A DNA stretch of 63,828 nt, counting the filler, from Collodictyon triciliatum (taxonomy: Eukaryota): NCBI GenBank assembly GCA_043381765.1. It is 24 parts of 24 records of this genome, joined end to end, with 100 filler letters (N's around TTAATTAATTAA, not from the genome) between each part and the next. Parts side by side here need not be neighbours in the genome. Positions count along the whole stretch, not along the records: positions 10,673 to 13,239 come from JBHJMP010008657.1; positions 13,340 to 15,906 come from JBHJMP010008658.1; positions 16,007 to 18,573 come from JBHJMP010008659.1; positions 18,674 to 21,240 come from JBHJMP010008660.1; positions 21,341 to 23,907 come from JBHJMP010008661.1; positions 24,008 to 26,573 come from JBHJMP010008662.1; 18 more parts are not named here. One strand, 5' to 3'. A program made the translations under genes and the position numbers. Below, in pieces: positions 11,214 through 24,468 of this stretch (position 1 is the stretch's first letter; the number at the start of each line of letters is the position of its first letter). Below the pieces are notes generated by a model. The model saw nothing but the letters and a program-made list of their open reading frames with translations, made no database searches and was not told the origin of the DNA.

Positions 11214-12914
11214 CGCGAATTGGGATATTTTGCTGCCTGTTCTCTCCTCATCTGTTATGGAGATTACTGAAGAAGAGCGGGATACCATCATTGATGGAGG
11301 TTTGTTTTGTTTTTTCCTGGTCTTTTATTTCATTACATCTGTTGGAATTTTTATTTTATTTTATGTACACAGTTCCACCATTCGCAACATTCATAAACAG
11401 CATATCTCCCTCGCCTCGTCGATAGATTTGAGCTTAATCGCTTCTTTGCTCCAACGACTCTACGATATTTTCTCTCCGCTATCGGCATTCAATCTAAAAC
11501 CTAGGAAAATAGAGCAGAGTGTTTTGCCTCCCATAAAGAAATTCAGCAGCGAACCAGAACAAAAGCAGGAGAAACCTCCCTCCAAAATACCACACCCAAT
11601 AGCTGGAAACCAAGAAAAGAAGACGTCCCACCAAGCCATCGACCAAAGCCCAAAATCTTCAAAAACACAACACAACATGGAGCATAAACATATTGCAAAC
11701 CACGCATCACATTCGCTACCAGTCGCACAGCGTCTAAATCGCAGTTATGAGGGACCGATGGAGATGCTTACCATTCATCTTGCGGAGTGTCTCAATTGCC
11801 CTCCCGAAAAAGCAAACATCATCGTGAGCGACCCTGAAAAGCGCCGCTTGATGATAGTAAACGGTATAAATGGCGATTACATGCACATTCAAAAGTGGCT
11901 GAAGCAGCTTCTCATGGAGGTTTGAAGTTTCTCATAAGTATCATGGTAATGAATACAAATGTGTCGTTAAGGAGAGGTCATAGTATGAACAAAATGCTCA
12001 TTCTTTTCTGCAGAGTAATATGATACGTGGTTTGTTCTATCACATCATTAAATAAATGTGCTTTTGTATAGTCTTTGACGCTGGCAGAACTTCTATCAAA
12101 TCATGCACCAGACTTCATCATCGAGGTTTTGGACACGATGATTGTCGGGTTGGAATCAAGAGATGAAGAAGTAAATAATTTGGTGATCAGACATTTGACA
12201 ATTCTTGCGAATGAACTTCATGCGACTGGACACGGAGACTTCGTTTGGCAATGGTAAAAGAGCGTTTGTAAATATCTATCAATACCGGCATATCCATTTG
12301 TATTTTGATATGTTTTGACTCAGAATTTATTAGGTTCACAAGTATCGAGCGCCCCGGAGAAACATTAGGAATCATCTCGATCATGAACTTCTTTCTCGAA
12401 ACAAAGTTGCCAATATTGAAAAAGATGATTTTCCCCCTGCTTGTTCAAGTTGGCCAGATGCATTTGCTTCATTTGTTTGAGGAGATTATTTCAGCAAAGT
12501 TTCCTAATCCTCTCGAGCATCTTCAGTTTCTCCATGATTTTTTGGTACCAGAACAGAGACCGTAGTCATACTACTTTGCCGTACTCTATTTAAGACACAA
12601 TTTTTCATTTTCATTTCCATTTTTTTTTGTAGACTTTTATTGGACCCAAAGAGCAAGCTCACAACTTGATGCTGCAATCTCAACTCTCCTCCTACCTAGT
12701 CAGAATTAGCATGGCGTATGCAAGTTGGTCATTTACATTTAATTAAATCCTGGGTTTCTATCGCAATATCAATTTTGTCTTTATATGGATAATATCAATT
12801 AATTTCATTTATTGATTCATTTTATTGCATTCTCAAGATTCACAGAATGGCTCTGATATCAAGTTTGAGGCTATATCAATGCTTACAGATGCGTGGCTAT
12901 ATTATCCGGCTGAG
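11214..12914 (+). CDS. Multi-exon hypothetical helical-repeat protein (internal fragment)
   Basis: Open exons bounded by AG/GT, approximately 11214-11298, 11373-11920, 12073-12253, 12334-12561, 12633-12715 and 12846-12914. No family recognised. Confidence 0.6.
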
Positions 12915-13089
12915 GTTTCTAATATATTAATCAATTTGGCTCTTGAATTCTTTTTTTAAAACATTTTCAGATTTACCATAGCCTGTGTTTGTAAATATTA
13001 CTCTGATAAATGTAAAATGTTTTTATTTAGAGAAAATATGCATCATAACCTCATCATTCCTTTAACCTCTGGGTTTTTTCTACCCTGTA

Positions 13090-13185
<96 letters not shown>

Positions 13186-13339
13186 TTGTATTTTGTATTT
13201 TGTATTATTTTGTGTGTGTGATTCAATAGGTACATGATANNNNNNNNNNNNNNNNNNNNNNNNNNNNNNNNNNNNNNNNNNNNTTAATTAATTAANNNNN
13301 NNNNNNNNNNNNNNNNNNNNNNNNNNNNNNNNNNNNNNN

Positions 13340-13782
13340 GTGCGGATAGTATGCTTTTTTGAGATGCATGTTTGGTGGCAGGTTTATAGGGTGGGCTCTG
13401 TCTGGGCCAACTTAAGGGCTTGTTTTTCATTTTTTTTTTTAATTTTAATGATATTACTACATAAATGGAAAATAAAATGGAAACTAATTATAGGAATATT
13501 ATGATATTATTAAGTATTTTTTAATCTTATTATATTCTAATCATTCTATTATATCATTCATGTTGTTTCTTGGATTCATCAAAGCTCCTGCTTTCGTCAA
13601 CTCAGACTTAATTTGATGGTTGTCTGTGCAATAAGTTGCTATATGTATGTATACACTTTCGTTGTATAAAAAGTGTTGTGGTTTGAAAGGGGCAAAACCA
13701 AGTTCGCCACAACCTTTGCAATGAAGTTTATCCATTTACGGGCTGAATGAGTTCGAAGGGAAAGAAAAAAAGAAAAGAAAAA
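13340..13782. mobile_element. Dispersed repeat, homologous to 51298-51791
   Basis: Shared blocks GATAGTATGCTTTTTTGA.ATGCATGTTTGGTGGCAGGTTTATAGGGTGG, TGGATTCATCAAAGCTCCTGCTTTCGTCAA and ATGAAGTTTATCCATTTAC, in the same order and orientation, ending at an A-rich tract. Confidence 0.85.
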
Positions 13783-14102
13783 ATGGACGGATGAATGAAT
13801 CATAGCGACTAATACTGAGTAAATATATTCATACTTATCTTGCTACCATGAGTTGGTGGCTCTAGCTCGATAGGTCTTTTTTATCCCTCTTTATATTCAT
13901 TTCAAAGAGCTCGTTCTGTCTTAATAGTAGGTTGTTGTACTCATAAGTTTGATGGCAACTGGCGTCCTGATCGACGATGTGTCTCTGTGCATAACCTGTG
14001 TTGCGAAGGGAAGTAGTAGAGCGAGATGAAGTGGATGCGAGCAAGTGGGATGAAGCATTATGTGTTGATTATATTGTGACTTTAAAGGGAAACAGACAAG
14101 AA

Positions 14103-14121
14103 GCTTCCATGGCGCAACCGG

Positions 14122-14158
<37 letters not shown>

Positions 14159-14175
14159 GAGCCCACCTGGGAGCG
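14103..14175 (+). tRNA. tRNA-Asn (GTT)
   Basis: Acceptor stem GCTTCCA/TGGGAGC, D arm GCGC/GCGC, anticodon arm TTCGG-CTGTTAA-CCGAA, T arm GGTGG-TTCGAGC-CCACC. No encoded CCA. Confidence 0.97.
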
Positions 14176-14181
14176 GGCTTA

Positions 14182-14186
14182 TTTTT
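14182..14186 (+). terminator. Pol III T-run terminator
   Basis: TTTTT lies 6 nt after the tRNA discriminator base. Confidence 0.7.
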
Positions 14187-16006
14187 CATATCTAGGACTT
14201 TCATTTTTTGGTGATAGTTGGATTTTTCAGAAGGAATCGCCTCGTGGCACTGTAGAACAAACACAACTCTTTGTCCGAAAAAGAGTGAAGCCAAGAGTAA
14301 CTGGATTACGTTTATATCACCACTGCATTCATATTTTCTTCATATGCCCCTTTGATTCGCGAGAATTACACCATACATTTTCATAATTTTTGTTACATTT
14401 CATCAGAGGCAAATATTTCTCTTTTGTGTGCGCAACTATCCCACAGAAATATGATTCGATTATACCAGATGGAGGTGATTGTCGTCGAATGAGCCCGCTG
14501 GAAAAGACAGCCTGGGGCTCATCACGGGCGTCATTAATCAGCGCCACAAATTGCCTAGTCTTATGGCCTGTGAATGCTATGCTCATTTTTTATTTTTCAC
14601 TTACTTAAGGGGCAATCTAGTTGCAGATTCATGTAAAAAATTGAGTGAAAGGAAAGGAAAGCGCCAACCAGAGAACAACAAACAAGCAAATGAGATTGCT
14701 TCCACATCAACAAAACCATATTAGGACATTATGAATATATATGTGGAAAATATAATTTCATTCTTGTCACGGATAATGGATTCCTTGTGATTCGAAGAAG
14801 TCAAGAAAATCATTTTGTAATGCTAGGCGATATATCTGGTGTAATCTGAGCTCTGTTTTGCTCTGACATATGCATTTCGCTTTTCGGTCACGGGCGATTT
14901 GTGGTATGAACAAAACAAGCAGAACTGGATCGGATTAGAGCACAACCATGGCGAAACGCCGGGACGATTCTCCCATCGACACATCGGTTTGACGAATGGG
15001 GCAGGAGCATCGCACACCGTTGAGTCCGGAATGGGTGTTGAGCGACACCATAAATTTCCGATCTGGTTGCATGGACGATGCAAAGGGCGAGAAAGGACAA
15101 AAGAGAGCGCACATGATTGGAATTGAGAATAAGAAAAATAAGTTTAAAATCATTTTTAATTATAAAAAGAGCGCAGATGACGCACATCGCATTCGGATGG
15201 GTGGATGGCAAATAATATGCTGTTAAAAAATATGTGGTTTTTTTTCTTTTGTTCTTAGCGCGGCTGCGATTGTGTGTTTGGGTGATGCGAAACATGTGTG
15301 GAAAGATGAGAGACGAAAGGCAAACGAGGCTTTGTTATTGACGGGATTGTGCGGGGTTTTGCGTGACTTGTGGAGAAAACTTTCTTCGATGGGGCTGCTC
15401 TGTGGGAATGGCAAAGAGTTGCCGCCTACTCAGCCGGGATTGACTTGCTTGCTTGCAGTGTGTTGTTGCGCAAAAGAAGACAAAAAGGACCGAAAAAAAT
15501 ATCAAGAAGGGCGGATTGGATTTGTGGGTGTGGGTGTGTGTAGTTTTATATGGTCGCATACATTTGATTGCTCTCGTTTCTTTTGCTTGGTGTTTGTCAT
15601 TTGCATCTGCGCTTCTTAGATCGAGGGTGCTGCTGATTGTACTCTTGATTGGTTGTCAGGCCATGTATGATGCGGTGAAGTGATAATCAATGTGTTGCAG
15701 ATCACATCCAGGCGTATTTGACATATATCCAATGGCAATACTTTTTCCCCTTTAATTCGATTCAACGGAGGTTTAAAGGCGATATCAAAATAATGCACTG
15801 AAAAAATAAGAAAGAGAAAAAGAAAGAGAAAAAGAAAGAGAAAAAGAAAGAGAAAAAGAAAGAGAAAAAGAAAGAGAAAAAGAAAGAGAAAAAGAAAGAG
15901 AAAAAGNNNNNNNNNNNNNNNNNNNNNNNNNNNNNNNNNNNNNNNNNNNNTTAATTAATTAANNNNNNNNNNNNNNNNNNNNNNNNNNNNNNNNNNNNNN
16001 NNNNNN

Positions 16007-16490
16007 GGTCGGTCTGAACGGCTTCAGCTCCTCACGAAGGAGTTGCGGCCACACGTCCAGCGGTAGTTGGTAGAGCATCACCGAGGTCTCTGTTGGTTTA
16101 CTTCTGCTGAAGCTGATGATAATATCGATCAAACTTATCTGCTTCACTTTGAATCGAATAAAGGAAAAAAAAACTTATCTGCTTCAGTTCCAGAAGCTTT
16201 CGGGCGTTTTCTGTAGTGCGGAAGGCGATCAGGCAAAGGCCTTCACTGTCTGGTAAGCGCAATTGGATGGACTCTTCCCAAAGTTTGTTCGCTTCCAAGA
16301 AGGAGGCAAGCGCATCTGTGAGTCTGCGGGCCTTGTTCTTGTTGTAAACGACTTGCTCGACCCCGAGCAAAAATACCCCGCTCATACAGACTTGCAGGTG
16401 GCTTCCTTGCATGGTCTTCCTGGACTTACGTGAAACGCGGGGGTTTTCCGCACCAGCGTTGGAACCAGATGAACTGGCTGCAACTCGATG
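16007..16490 (-). pseudogene. LINE ORF1p-like (tandem RRM-like) fragment disrupted by an insertion
   Basis: Removing 16147-16186 fuses two ORFs into ...LCLIAFRTTENARKLLELKQISLIDIIISFSRSKPTETSVMLYQLPLDVWPQLLREELKPF. The segment is intronless and GC-richer than its flank. ORF1 identity is inferred. Confidence 0.5.
16147..16170 (+). mobile_element. 24-bp 5'-truncated non-LTR retroelement end with 16-bp TSD
   Basis: CTTTGAATCGAATAAAGG(A)n is flanked by perfect AAACTTATCTGCTTCA at 16131-16146 and 16171-16186. Confidence 0.9.
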
Positions 16491-17487
16491 CCATTAAATA
16501 TCTTGTATCTTACGCAACCGAAGTAGTGATTGATGCATATGAAATGAAACATATTTATTGGTGCTGAATCTTTATTGATTTGCAGACACACGCACAAGTG
16601 GAAAAAAATTTGACAAAATGTGTAGAAAGTCCATATGAATAGTAGCCTATTTCCTACAACGTAAAAAAGAAAGAAGATTCTTCGCAAATAATAATGATAT
16701 TCTCTATAAACCATGACAAAATGCACTCATAATTTGCACAACACATCGCATCAGGAATTATCAAGATTCAATTATGTAATTGTTTAGAATGAAATAAGTA
16801 AATATAATTTGATTTCAGAAAATTAAAAACATAAAAAAATATAATTTTTTTTCCTACATTCGATTCAAATTTCCAATGTAACAGGATAATTATTGTATTT
16901 GTGATCTGTGCTTTGTTCTAGTCTATGGCGTTGGCGCTGGTGTTTGCGCCAGATACAGGTCAAAGCCGATAACACGCGCAGGGACTTCAGACCAAGAGGC
17001 AATTTTCGGGTAGTCATGCCATTTATGAAATCTATGTCTGGAAATTATTTACTTTCACCAAACGCTCGTGCCTGCCAAGCCCTCGATCGAAAGGAAAATC
17101 AAACCAGGAAGCCGATCGCACGATTACATCAGAGCGCCTGCCAAGAGAAAGGGCAGGCAAAGAGGTTTGCGAGGCAGCGACTTCAAGTTTGAGAGGAATA
17201 AAAAGAAAGAGAAAAGAAAAGCAAATCCTGTTCCGTCCAAAGTGGCGAATGTCCTTTCATGTCCTCGCTCTCTGATTCGGGCTCTCCTTCGGCTTTTCTC
17301 TTACTTTTCCCTCTTTTCTTTTGTTGTCTTTATTCCAATATTTTCCCCCAGAGTTTGCCTCTCTCTCTATTTCTTCTTGGGAATATGCCTCTGGCTGAAA
17401 AGCTCCATTGCAAAGGCTGTACAGTTATTATTCTTTTTCGCCGATAGAATGCTGGGCCTTTTCATAGCCGCAAACAGCAAGAACAGA

Positions 17488-17522
<35 letters not shown>

Positions 17523-17545
17523 AAAAAAAAAAATTTTAAAAAAGG

Positions 17546-17593
<48 letters not shown>

Positions 17594-17851
17594 AAGAAAT
17601 ATTGAACTGAATCATTCTGAAAATAGGAGAATAAGAGAAGGGAAAACTACACTCACTTTAATGAATTATTTAAGATTGCTTTGGGTGAAATGAAACTATC
17701 TAAACTTACTCTACCACCAGACATTTTCTTGTTATCCTTTTCTCAAAATCACACCAATACATCATTCAATTGGTGCCGTCTTTTGTTTACTTCTTGTTTA
17801 TAGCTTCATTTGTTCATTCATTCATTTTTTATGACCTTTGCAGAGAAAGCC

Positions 17852-18573
17852 ATGGAGCACTGGGTCACTCTCAGGGATGAAAGCAGCGGTCGGAACTACT
17901 ACTATAATAAAGCCACCGGTGTGACACAGTGGCATCCACCACAAGGGATATCGTAAGTATTATAATAATGAGCCCTCCAAATCTATTGTAGCTTTCTCAA
18001 ATAAAAACGCTGGTAAAAACTACTATTACAAACAGCATACGATACCTAAATCATTCGATAGTGTATACATATACAGTGCATGAGTGCTAGTGCCATTTGA
18101 AATTGATTTATTTGCTAATATCTTAACATCAGTCATTATTCTATTATTCTATTATTCTATTATTCTATTATTCTATTATTCTATTATTTCATCATCCCAT
18201 CATCCCATCGTCCCATCGTCCCATCATCACCCGCATCTTATCAAACATCATCCCATCCAACAGACCCGTCCCATCAACGCCAGCGCCCATCGCCCAGCCC
18301 CAGACACCTGCATCGGACAATTCCAGCGTGGTTTGGTACGAAACATACGACCAGCACACCGGCCGCGACTACTACTTCAACACAAAGACAAGTGAGAGCC
18401 GATGGATGCGTCCAGTCGAAGGCCGCATTGTGCCGCACCCACAGCAGAGCCGACAAACCCTCCTCACTGCTACCTCGACCGGGCAGCAAACGGCCAACGC
18501 ACCGGACATGTCTGTGCGGCTGCTTCCGCTTCATCCAGTGGCGCATATAGTAAAGGAGCATTCGCAGAAGCAG
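17852..18573 (+). CDS. Tandem WW-domain protein, N-terminus (ARHGAP39-like arrangement)
   Basis: Exon 1 encodes MEHWVTLRDESSGRNYYYNKATGVTQWHPP. After intron 17953-18263 (GTAAG..CAG, phase 2), exon 2 encodes WYETYDQHTGRDYYFNTKTSESRWMRP. Confidence 0.9.
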
Positions 18574-19055
18574 NNNNNNNNNNNNNNNNNNNNNNNNNNN
18601 NNNNNNNNNNNNNNNNNTTAATTAATTAANNNNNNNNNNNNNNNNNNNNNNNNNNNNNNNNNNNNNNNNNNNNCAACTATTTCAACAATAATTGGAAACA
18701 GACACAACATAATGCAAGACGGTCATATCGACGAAGCGAGACAATTTTTAAAGAGGGTAACGAATGAAATAATATTTTCAATATTCCAAAGCCAACATCT
18801 TCACCATCCTGCACAAAATTGAAAGGAAGAATAAAAAAAAACTTGTCCCCGCTCTGTGGTAGCTTTTGCGCCTATGTGTTCAAAAACATATTTAATTATC
18901 GCTAGTGCGCTGTCTCAGTTTTCGCTCACTCCTCAAACCAGATTGGAAGAAAGAAAAGAGGGAAAATGAGAGACACGGCAGGAAAGAGAAACATACATAT
19001 ACACGCGACCAGAATCTGCACATCTTAATTATTGACAATATCTAGCGACATTTTA

Positions 19056-21131
19056 TTAAATGTGCTGCATTTCCGTCTCCTTTTCGATGGCTTGCTGCCT
19101 GAATAAGTAGTGCTTCACGTACCGATTCTCCATAATGGAATCAAAGATTGACTCAGCAGCGTCGGTAACGTATCCAAAGGTTGTTCTCAAAACAACAGGG
19201 CCAGCAGAGGCGAGGAATATAAAACCGACTACGGCGTTTGAAAAGACTATCAAACCAAAGAGAGCCATTTTTGCTGACTGGCTGATGTCCGAATAGCGAA
19301 ATAGTATACTGAGCATAAGCGTAAAGTACAAAACGAATAGAGATTGTAATTGCGCTTTTTTCAGTACATTCGACATAAAGGGTCTAAAGTAAATCGTGCC
19401 TATAATCATGCAGAATACCAACCACAAGCCAAAGTATATTTGCAATGAGGCAGAGAAGAAAACACTGATGAGGACTACTAAGATTTTACCCATCATGGTT
19501 ACTACCTCCCAATGCTGGCACCGCTCATTATATCCATCCACTAAAAATCTTAAAAGAGAATATGTCCTCGAGGTGGGGTTAGACAAAGCCACCCTTTTTC
19601 TGATGATGCGGACCATCAAAAAAAGGGGCGCTAGGAAGCAGTAAACAGTCAAGTAAATAAGGGCGACTGTTTTCCAACCATTGTACTCAGAATCGTCACA
19701 ACGAATGGTCATATCTACTTTCAAGTAATCAACGTCGCCCAGTTTTTTGCAAGGTATAATATTAGACACAGATGCAGTAATTGTAGGGTGAATGAAAAAA
19801 AGTACGACTAGCATGGAATACATGAATTCCATGCGAACGAAAGAAAGGTTCGCATCTTGAGGAGTCATATATCCTTTCCAAATCCTAAACATAACTTTTA
19901 ATCCGATTATCACGGCCACAAATATTAGGAGAATAAATGGCATAATCATAGAAAAGAGAAGTTTTTCGTAAACATTCAGTGAAACCTGACATTCTATGGG
20001 ATATGTATCAAGAGAGAACGAAAATGAAAACAGAGCAGGGATTTTCATCATTGATATCAGGGTTGAGCTCCATTTTACATCAAAGTTTGCTAGGTAAGAG
20101 AGAATTTGAAAGTGAGATGATATGACCTTCAAAATCAAAATCTTCCCTGTCTGTGGCTGTCGTGATTGGTCAATCATAAATGATACAAAGGCAAGCGGAA
20201 GAGCTAAGCTCAAAAAGACCAAGAATCCATTCACTTCATGTGGAGGGCATTCCATGCAAAATGAATTACTGGTTTTCCCATAGCCTTTTTCGCAAACGCT
20301 ACATAAAGCCCCTGTGTAGCCTATTGCACATGTATTGTTTCCTCCATTGCAGGCATCTTCATTTAAACATTTGTACGCGATATACTCATACTCTGTGGAA
20401 GTAGCCCGCCAATATCCCGGAGCAACGCTAACAGAGCTGCTTCCATCACAAATGAAACCTTCTGGGCAAGGCTTACACTCCTTGTTGGCCTGATTCAAAT
20501 ATGTGGATGGAAGACATTTACAGTTTTCGAGATGGGTTGAGGCAGTTGAATTAGTGAATGAATTTGGGGGGCAGCTTTTGCAAAATGTTTGATCATCCTT
20601 GTCATTGTAATAATCCGGAGGACACCGGATACACCCTGATTCGATGTAGTAACCAATTGGACATACACATTTTTCACTTTCACCATTATATATGTATCCT
20701 GTATCACACACACATTGAGATTTGAATGTAGAGCCTCTATCAGGGGTTCTGAATTTATCAGGGCATGGAGTACACAAATGTGTGCCATAGTCTTCTTTGT
20801 AAGCACCAATAATACAAGTGGAGCAAACGTTACCGTCCTCAAAATGCCCTGGCTTGCAAGTGCAAGTGTTATTATTATATATGACATAATCCTGAAAGCA
20901 AATGCAGTCATTAATTGATAATGATCCAGTATAATTCGTATAAGAGCGTGTTGGACAAGATGAGCATTGTTGATTTCCTTGTGTATCTTTGAAATATCCG
21001 CTTTGACAGGGAGAGCATAAAGTGTTATTCAGGAAATACCCTACCGGGCATACACACCCTTCATTTTTGGAAGATACAAAACCTGCATGAATAAATTCGT
21101 TATTGAAGCTAGTATAGTAAATTTCATGCAA
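19056..21131 (-). CDS. Cys-rich (ephrin-receptor-like/GCC2-GCC3 repeats) multi-pass membrane protein, C-terminal part
   Basis: Repeats of CxCPxGY and CxxCPxxSxT, then the motif GYTGALCSVC and 7-9 hydrophobic segments. The 5' part is cut by an (AAT)n intron at the contig end. Confidence 0.9.
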   Translation of the reverse strand: MHEIYYTSFNNEFIHAGFVSSKNEGCVCPVGYFLNNTLCSPCQSGYFKDTQGNQQCSSCPTRSYTNYTGSLSINDCICFQDYVIYNNNTCTCKPGHFEDGNVCSTCIIGAYKEDYGTHLCTPCPDKFRTPDRGSTFKSQCVCDTGYIYNGESEKCVCPIGYYIESGCIRCPPDYYNDKDDQTFCKSCPPNSFTNSTASTHLENCKCLPSTYLNQANKECKPCPEGFICDGSSSVSVAPGYWRATSTEYEYIAYKCLNEDACNGGNNTCAIGYTGALCSVCEKGYGKTSNSFCMECPPHEVNGFLVFLSLALPLAFVSFMIDQSRQPQTGKILILKVISSHFQILSYLANFDVKWSSTLISMMKIPALFSFSFSLDTYPIECQVSLNVYEKLLFSMIMPFILLIFVAVIIGLKVMFRIWKGYMTPQDANLSFVRMEFMYSMLVVLFFIHPTITASVSNIIPCKKLGDVDYLKVDMTIRCDDSEYNGWKTVALIYLTVYCFLAPLFLMVRIIRKRVALSNPTSRTYSLLRFLVDGYNERCQHWEVVTMMGKILVVLISVFFSASLQIYFGLWLVFCMIIGTIYFRPFMSNVLKKAQLQSLFVLYFTLMLSILFRYSDISQSAKMALFGLIVFSNAVVGFIFLASAGPVVLRTTFGYVTDAAESIFDSIMENRYVKHYLFRQQAIEKETEMQHI

Positions 21132-21143
21132 AGTGTATTGGGG

Positions 21144-21240
<97 letters not shown>

Positions 21241-24200
21241 NNNNNNNNNNNNNNNNNNNNNNNNNNNNNNNNNNNNNNNNNNNNTTAATTAATTAANNNN
21301 NNNNNNNNNNNNNNNNNNNNNNNNNNNNNNNNNNNNNNNNTATGTACATAATTGGTTAATATTAAATCATATAACTCAACATCTGGAATCCTTGAAGCAC
21401 TGTGCCTTTGACCCACTCGAAAAGCCAAAAGACGAGCTAGTCTGTGACATGCACTTAACTTACATCACCGATAAAGCTCTATGCACGCTCATGAGATAGT
21501 CTGAAAAATAGCATCCACAGTTTCAAACGAGAACGTAATTCACTTGGTTAGGAAAATATATGTATTTATCTTTCACTCCAAAAAAAAATGACACATCATT
21601 GAAATATCCGCGCTTCAGATTATCTCCAGTGTGCTACGATATATTGAATGAATAAATAAGACAATAGGATGCCTCCGGGGGAAAGTTTGGCCTCGGATTG
21701 AATCCATGTCAAGGCTCTTGGTAGTTGCAGCCGTTTAGAGTTGCAATATTTCCCAACACTCTCGGATGTATAGTGATGAAGCAAGAATCCAGCTCCCGTA
21801 CCAAGTTGACCTTGACCCGAATCTGACGCGTTCATTGCGTTCAAATAAGGTACAACAAAAACGGCGGATTGTAGAAAAATGCAAAAAAAAATCCTTACTT
21901 TGAATTGAACGAAGGATATAAAATTATTAAAAGTATTATTATTTAGAGTACACTGTTCTGTGTTTCATGGGCGAAAGGCATACATTTCATCCTATGCAAA
22001 AATATTGTAAGGTTTGTTGATTTTGTTTGCATATTTTGTGTTCCTGGAAGATTTTGCTATTTTTTATTATTAAATTATATGTAAGAAATCATAATTTACA
22101 CAACCTGTGTGGACAGTATTCTACTCTTGCGCGTGTGTCACTTGCTCTCAATATGATAATTTTATTATTTTTTTTTATGAAATATATGTTATTGTAATTT
22201 CTTCAAGATGTAGGCTTTTCGTGGCCTTTTCAACTTTACTACTTTCTTTTAGCCTGTAAGGCACCGGCAGTGTTGTTCAACTATTAATATAATATTTTTT
22301 TGTAAAATATTAAGTTGTAGTTATATGTATGTATTTAAAGATTTTTAGCAAACGTGTTCATAAAGCTTCAGAGCGTGTAAGCACAGGATATTTCTACCTG
22401 TTGTTGCAGTAGAGAATGTGAAGTAATTTCGCATGACACTGTCCTTATTCTGTTTGTAAGGTCTCTATTTATCCACATCACTAGCACATTTGTGAGTGAT
22501 GTGACTCCACATGCAGCTTTTCCATCTGTTCGCATACTTGTTAGCTACAGAAGTGAAAACAAACAAAAAAATACGTATAAAATTATATATGCACAAATAA
22601 TAATAAAAATATGAATAATTTAAACTTGACTTAAACTTACTGGATTTGCATAAACACCAAGAGAAGTAAACCCGGCCAAGAAAAGTATTTATGGTGGTAT
22701 CAAACAAGAATAATTTAAAGAATAATTTTATCAAACAAATATTTGAATAAGAAAGGCATTGAAAGGAACAGTTTCAGATTCTTTGTTTTTAAGAAACAGA
22801 AATACACACTCAAGCAAGGTGGCAATATTGCGAACATCAGTAATTGCACTCTTCTCCCACAGAAACACAATTTTTTAGGGTATTACAGCGAAAAACTAGC
22901 AAGTTTTTTTTCAATATATTGCTTACAAATGCGCAAGCAAATCGATAAGCTTGTGGTGATGCGTTGAAGGTTTTTTATAATTTGCCAAACATCTTCTATA
23001 ATAGATAAAAAATTTAGATGACAATGGTTTTGTATATATGAGTTATGTTGCTTTTAATCGATTCAAGGTAGCAGTTTTTTATTTTTCTTGATATCATTTC
23101 AACTATTTACTAATAGAAAACAAAGTCGAGCTGCTGCCTTCGCCTCTAGGAGAAACACGAGATACGGATGAGAAAGTGGAAAACTTGAACTTTATGTATT
23201 TGGATTTTTTTGTTTATAAAAAATAATAGATAGAAAGATATTAATAGGGATGTAAGAAAAGATAAACTGGGTGGTGAAATAGAAAGGCAGCAAAGTGTTT
23301 TTACACACAGACTTTTCTTCCTGAAGTGGGTTAAATCAAACATGTTTTTAAGATTTTTTGCACGGGCGTCAACATCTTATTCTGTCATGAATAAAAAACT
23401 CCAACGCGGGTTCATATTGTGTTCAAGACTGACAGAAGGCCGGATAAAATTGTCGGGTTGATAAAAGCACTCACAAATCAGTTACCTTAAAAACGATTTC
23501 AAGGAGTTTCATTACCTGTATATGTCAGACGTTTATTATATTATCCAACGAGAGTGTCATTTAAGTAAAGACTATGATATATAACAACAATAAATGGTGC
23601 GGTTGAGCAAGTGATTGAAAGGTAAAACAAAAACACAGGGATTTTTCTTATATTTGGTTATGTTGTGGTTGGTGCAATCTTACAATTATTCGCAATTATA
23701 CCAGAAAAATATCTGGAAGTTTAAGGAGTAATTTGTCTATGGTTATTTGTCGTGCGCAAGGTATTTCATTAGCGATAATGTTTTGGTGGATTCCCATTTT
23801 TTATTTGTTTTGTTTACAGTTGTTATTTGTAAGGATAACTATATCTAAAGTTTTATCATTCTATTTTTTATGTATACGCTTGTACTTTATGAGACGGGTT
23901 TCATATGNNNNNNNNNNNNNNNNNNNNNNNNNNNNNNNNNNNNNNNNNNNNTTAATTAATTAANNNNNNNNNNNNNNNNNNNNNNNNNNNNNNNNNNNNN
24001 NNNNNNNAATAACGAAATAAAAAATAACGAAATAAAAAATAACGAAATAAAAAATAACGAAATAAAAAATAACGAAATAAAAAATAACGAAATAAAAAAT
24101 AACGAAATAAAAAATAACGAAATAAAAAATAACGAAATAAAAAATAACGAAATAAAAAATAACGAAATAAAAAATAACGAAATAAAAAGTAACGAAATAA

Positions 24201-24468
24201 AAAGTAACGAAATAAAAAATAACGAAATAAAAAATAACGAAATAAAAAATAACGAAATAAAAATAACAAACGAAAATAAAAACGAAAATAACAAAAACAC
24301 CAATCACAGAAAAGTTTTACCCCGTCAAAAGAACTAAGCGCAATATCACTTATTCATAAATAAAGTGTCTTTTAGTTTTTTTTTTTTGTGATACATCATT
24401 AATGGTCTTGCAATAAATGAAAATTGTACAGCCCCATTCATTCACTGTGAGCTGATGCTACAATATAG

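Noticed and set aside
13541-13735. YCTDN as a hAT/MULE DDE motif
   Set aside because: The frame is not conserved between the two copies and there are no other transposase motifs.
23952-24307. ORFs of repeated peptides or ending in X..LIN/N
   Set aside because: They are translations of microsatellites and the artificial linker; the same applies throughout the window.
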